Shown in pieces: positions 60,477 to 64,000 of a DNA stretch of 64,000 bases (its first letter is position 1; the number at the start of each line of letters is the position of its first letter). The notes under the pieces were generated by a model. The model worked only from the letters and a program-made list of their open reading frames with translations. It did not search any database and was not told the origin of the DNA. The stretch is from Antedon mediterranea (lineage: Eukaryota > Animalia > Echinodermata): NCBI RefSeq assembly GCF_964355755.1, contig NC_092673.1, positions 36,019,648-36,083,647 on the forward strand. The letters are read 5' to 3'. Position numbers and translations under genes: made by a program.

Positions 60477-62989
60477 ATGTTGAATCAGGATTTAGCAGCG
60501 ACAGGAGGAGCCATTCGTGGACCATCGATGCGTTCTCATCATCAGCATAGAAATGCATATTTTTATCATCCATACCAACTTTCAGCAGCAAACCATTACC
60601 AGAGTTCTAAAGTACCAAAGTTTAAACCAACACACAGTGTTTCTACAGAATCAACCTTTACCATGAAGAGGCCTTCATCTTTCACGATTGATGCAATCTT
60701 AGGACTGAATAAAGAACGACATGCACCAAAGATGAATGACAATATTACATTTGGTAATGGTTATGTGTACGATCGTAGAGTCGCTTCATCTATTAGAATT
60801 CCACATTATCCTGTTGTATCAAGAGGACAGATTATGTACGAAAAACCGTCGCCAAACTCTCCAGCTGAGAAAGATCACATCAGAGACTTTACACACAAAT
60901 CACTGGATATCTGGGACATCTGCTCACAAAAAGTAACACAACCTGGTAGGTTATTTATTTTATTACAAATTCATTAAAAGTTACTCTGTTTCGCTTGCCA
61001 GTAGTGTAGATCCTATTTTATCGTATTTAGTATGCATTATCAACCGAAGCTTTATAAAAACCTTTATAAATAATGCAGATGTTGTTGTTAGCAGTGAAGG
61101 AATGTATAATACAGAATCTAATTCAAATATGTTTGATCTGTGTAAATCAAATTGTACAATGTTTACACATGAATTATTATTTTAAGGAAATTCATCCAGT
61201 AAAATCATTGATACGATCTTATTAACATAGATAAGTCCAGGGCGGGGTTAGGGTTAGATAAGTCCAGGGCGGGTCCAGAGAAGAGTAAAATTACACTCTT
61301 CACTGATAAGTACTGCAGGCTTATTTATGTTTTTAATTTTAATAATGGAACAACATAACGATAATTAATTATGTACCTTTTTGAACACCGCTCTGACGTT
61401 AAAGTACAATATCATACCAATATGTGTTACCGACTTGCCAACGGGATTAAGTTTTTAAACATTACAAAATCCCCCAGTGCTCTTTAAACACTGGAGTAAA
61501 CACTTACCTACCGCGGTATACCGTTTGATAATTAAGCTCTGTTGTTACGCTTCTAGTGTCTATAAAACGGATAATATATTAAGTAATATAGGTTGGTCCT
61601 ATTTATCGGCGGTGTAAGCGTTTGGTCGGTAACCAATTCTTTAAGTACACGAACTTAATGTTTCGGATAATGAGACAAAACTAATCGTCAATACACCTGG
61701 GCGATTAAGAACAACGCGACGATGAACGATCCATTATATGTACAGGTGCAAATTAATTAACTTTCGGTTTATTAGAGGACTTTCGGCATTATTCGGTTAT
61801 TTTTGTTAAGGAATTATCCAATTGGGGTGTTGAAAATCTCTCTATATTCCTAAGCGTTCAGGTATTAAGAAGACTAAACTTGTATTTACATTTAATTAAA
61901 CATTTGGTAAAGCCTCATTGTCATCTTCGACACTGTGCAGATTCGAGGTAAATTAAATAAGTTTGCTGCTCAGTTAAAAGTGTTAATACATGTATTGTTC
62001 TCGTCTATTTTGGAGCTAAACGTCTAATTCATGGTTTTATTTAGTGGACTTTAGTACTTATAATTCTACAGCGAAGAAGCCGCGATCAAAGTAAATTACT
62101 TGCCGCTAAATGGCATCAGCGGTAACACCTTCTTTGAATAATCAAAGGATGTACTAAAAGTTAACGACACTCTTTTCATTTCAATTCGTACACCCTTTTA
62201 GACCTCATGTTCAATATAAATGAACCGCTGAGTTAGGAGTATTTATCTTAAGCTTTAAATGACTACATCTTCTTAGCCACATCCACTAAATGTTGAATTA
62301 CAAAGTTATAATTCATATAATAAAAATGAAATTGTTATTGCTATTTCAGAAACTAGAATACAAGAACCAGACTGGATGAAATCAACAAGTGGGCAATTAA
62401 AGTCAAAACGCATTCGTACAATATTCACTCAAAACCAGCTAGACAGTCTGGAACAAGAGTTTACCCGTCAACAATATATGGTTGGATCTGAAAGACTTTA
62501 CTTGGCATCAACGTTAAATCTATCAGAATCTCAGGTGTGTAGATGATCTATTTTTAACCAATAAATCATATCACGTTCTTATTTTTTTGTTTCTGCAAAA
62601 TGTCATAGTTTTAATTTTTTAAATCAAGTTTTAACAATTTTATTTTTAGCACACCTTTGATCTTTTTATCACTTAAATTCTTATTTAAAAAAAATGATAT
62701 GTGTAAAATAATGTATTACCAAAGGAAACAGTAAAGACTCTTTCTAATATTAAGTACTTTATTTAGAAAGTTCTAAAACCATTGTAAACTTATCGAGATG
62801 TGTTTTGTTTCTCAATAGGTGAAAGTATGGTTCCAAAACAGACGAATAAAGTGGAGAAAACAGAATTTTGAAAAACAACAAGCAAAACTAGCTAAGATCC
62901 GGGCACTTCAAAATATGCGAGAAAGTGACGGAGAAACGTCAAATTGTTCAGAAACAGAAACAGACGACAGAGAATATCAGAATAACTAA
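60477..62989 (+). CDS. NOTO: Not/Noto-class homeobox transcription factor; exons 60477-60945, 62350-62534, 62819-62989
   Basis: eh1 motif SFTIDAILG; homeodomain [57 protein letters not shown], with QQYMVG diagnostic of the Not class. Confidence 0.9.
61228..61273. repeat. 19-bp tandem duplication joined by telomeric filler
   Basis: TAGATAAGTCCAGGGCGGG + GTTAGGGT + TAGATAAGTCCAGGGCGGG. Confidence 0.85.
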
Positions 62990-64000
62990 AAGTGCAACAT
63001 TTACACAGAACATTATTTAAATAAATTGTACAAAAACATAGACAATATTATATTGAAAAGATGGCCAACCGTCTGCATTATTTTGAGGGGAATATTTGTA
63101 AAAAAAAAAGTATTGTAGTTAATAATAATGTTGGTATTTATTATTAACAAAATATGTTGTAAATATATTATCGATGTGAACATCCAACCAAGAGTGGCTA
63201 CTTAAGTTTGTACTTAATTAGACCCATTTTGTGGTTACGGCACATGATTTTACAAAAATAAAATACGAACATAAATAATGACATTTGTAAACATTTTTGT
63301 ATCGATGCACTCTTGACGGACACACCCAAACGACACCAAACACAATATCACAGGTCTACTTGTTATTTATGAGTCAGTATATTTGTATGTTGGTAAATAT
63401 TATATTTTATTAGCACTACAAAAACAAATTGGTGATTATAATGATAATATAAAAACACATGTTGTAATACAGGTTAGATCATTATGGGAAAATACGTCAC
63501 ACATAAACTCACTATATTGACTGATTAAAAGCTGATCAAATACACATTAGAAATAATATTGATTTATTTATTACCGTCATTTATTTAAATCTCATAAAAC
63601 AAGAAAATCCATCCCATATTGCAATCCTGTTGCATCATATTCCGCAGCGGTTACACATAAATTATTACCAGAAACCTCATTTATATGCTTTCGGAAAAGT
63701 ATAAATAATAAATAATATAATAAAAATATTAATTATTACCAAGCCTTCGCGTGTTATATAATTTGTATAAGACGGAGGATTTGGATCAATGTCATATTTT
63801 GGGGGAATTTATTCATAAACGAACAAGAGTTGGATTGAAAAAAGTTAATATATGTTGAAATGGAGTTATTTAATTACCAATAATAGTTCGTACGGACGGC
63901 ACAATTTATTTCACTACGATCATGATGCGAAAGATAAATACATACAAATAAATGACAGTATTGATATAAGTTATGATCAGGAATGACAATAACATATCAG

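Overview
AT-rich, intron-containing animal genomic DNA, probably from an invertebrate deuterostome such as an echinoderm (inferred from gene content and repeat types). Six host genes can be read from the sequence: the first coding exon of PRELID1 (-), an intronless short-chain dehydrogenase (+), an RNF4-like SUMO-targeted RING ligase (-), UBLCP1 (+), a PH / proline-rich / tandem PDZ-like adaptor (-) and a Not/Noto homeobox gene (+). Mobile elements include a young BEL/Pao LTR element in a UBLCP1 intron, a three-level nest (a 5'-inverted L2 LINE inside one Helentron-type non-autonomous element, itself inside another), TTAA-targeting MITEs, a SINE, a Penelope-like fragment with a minimal hammerhead ribozyme, and a likely P-family excision footprint. 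The most striking unexplained feature is about 20 young tandem arrays of unique local sequence (15-92 bp units). Their junctions show microhomology or templated fillers, and two independent junctions carry (TTAGGG)n telomeric filler, suggesting telomerase-assisted local duplication. Exon boundaries and copy numbers were read by eye; no database searches were run.
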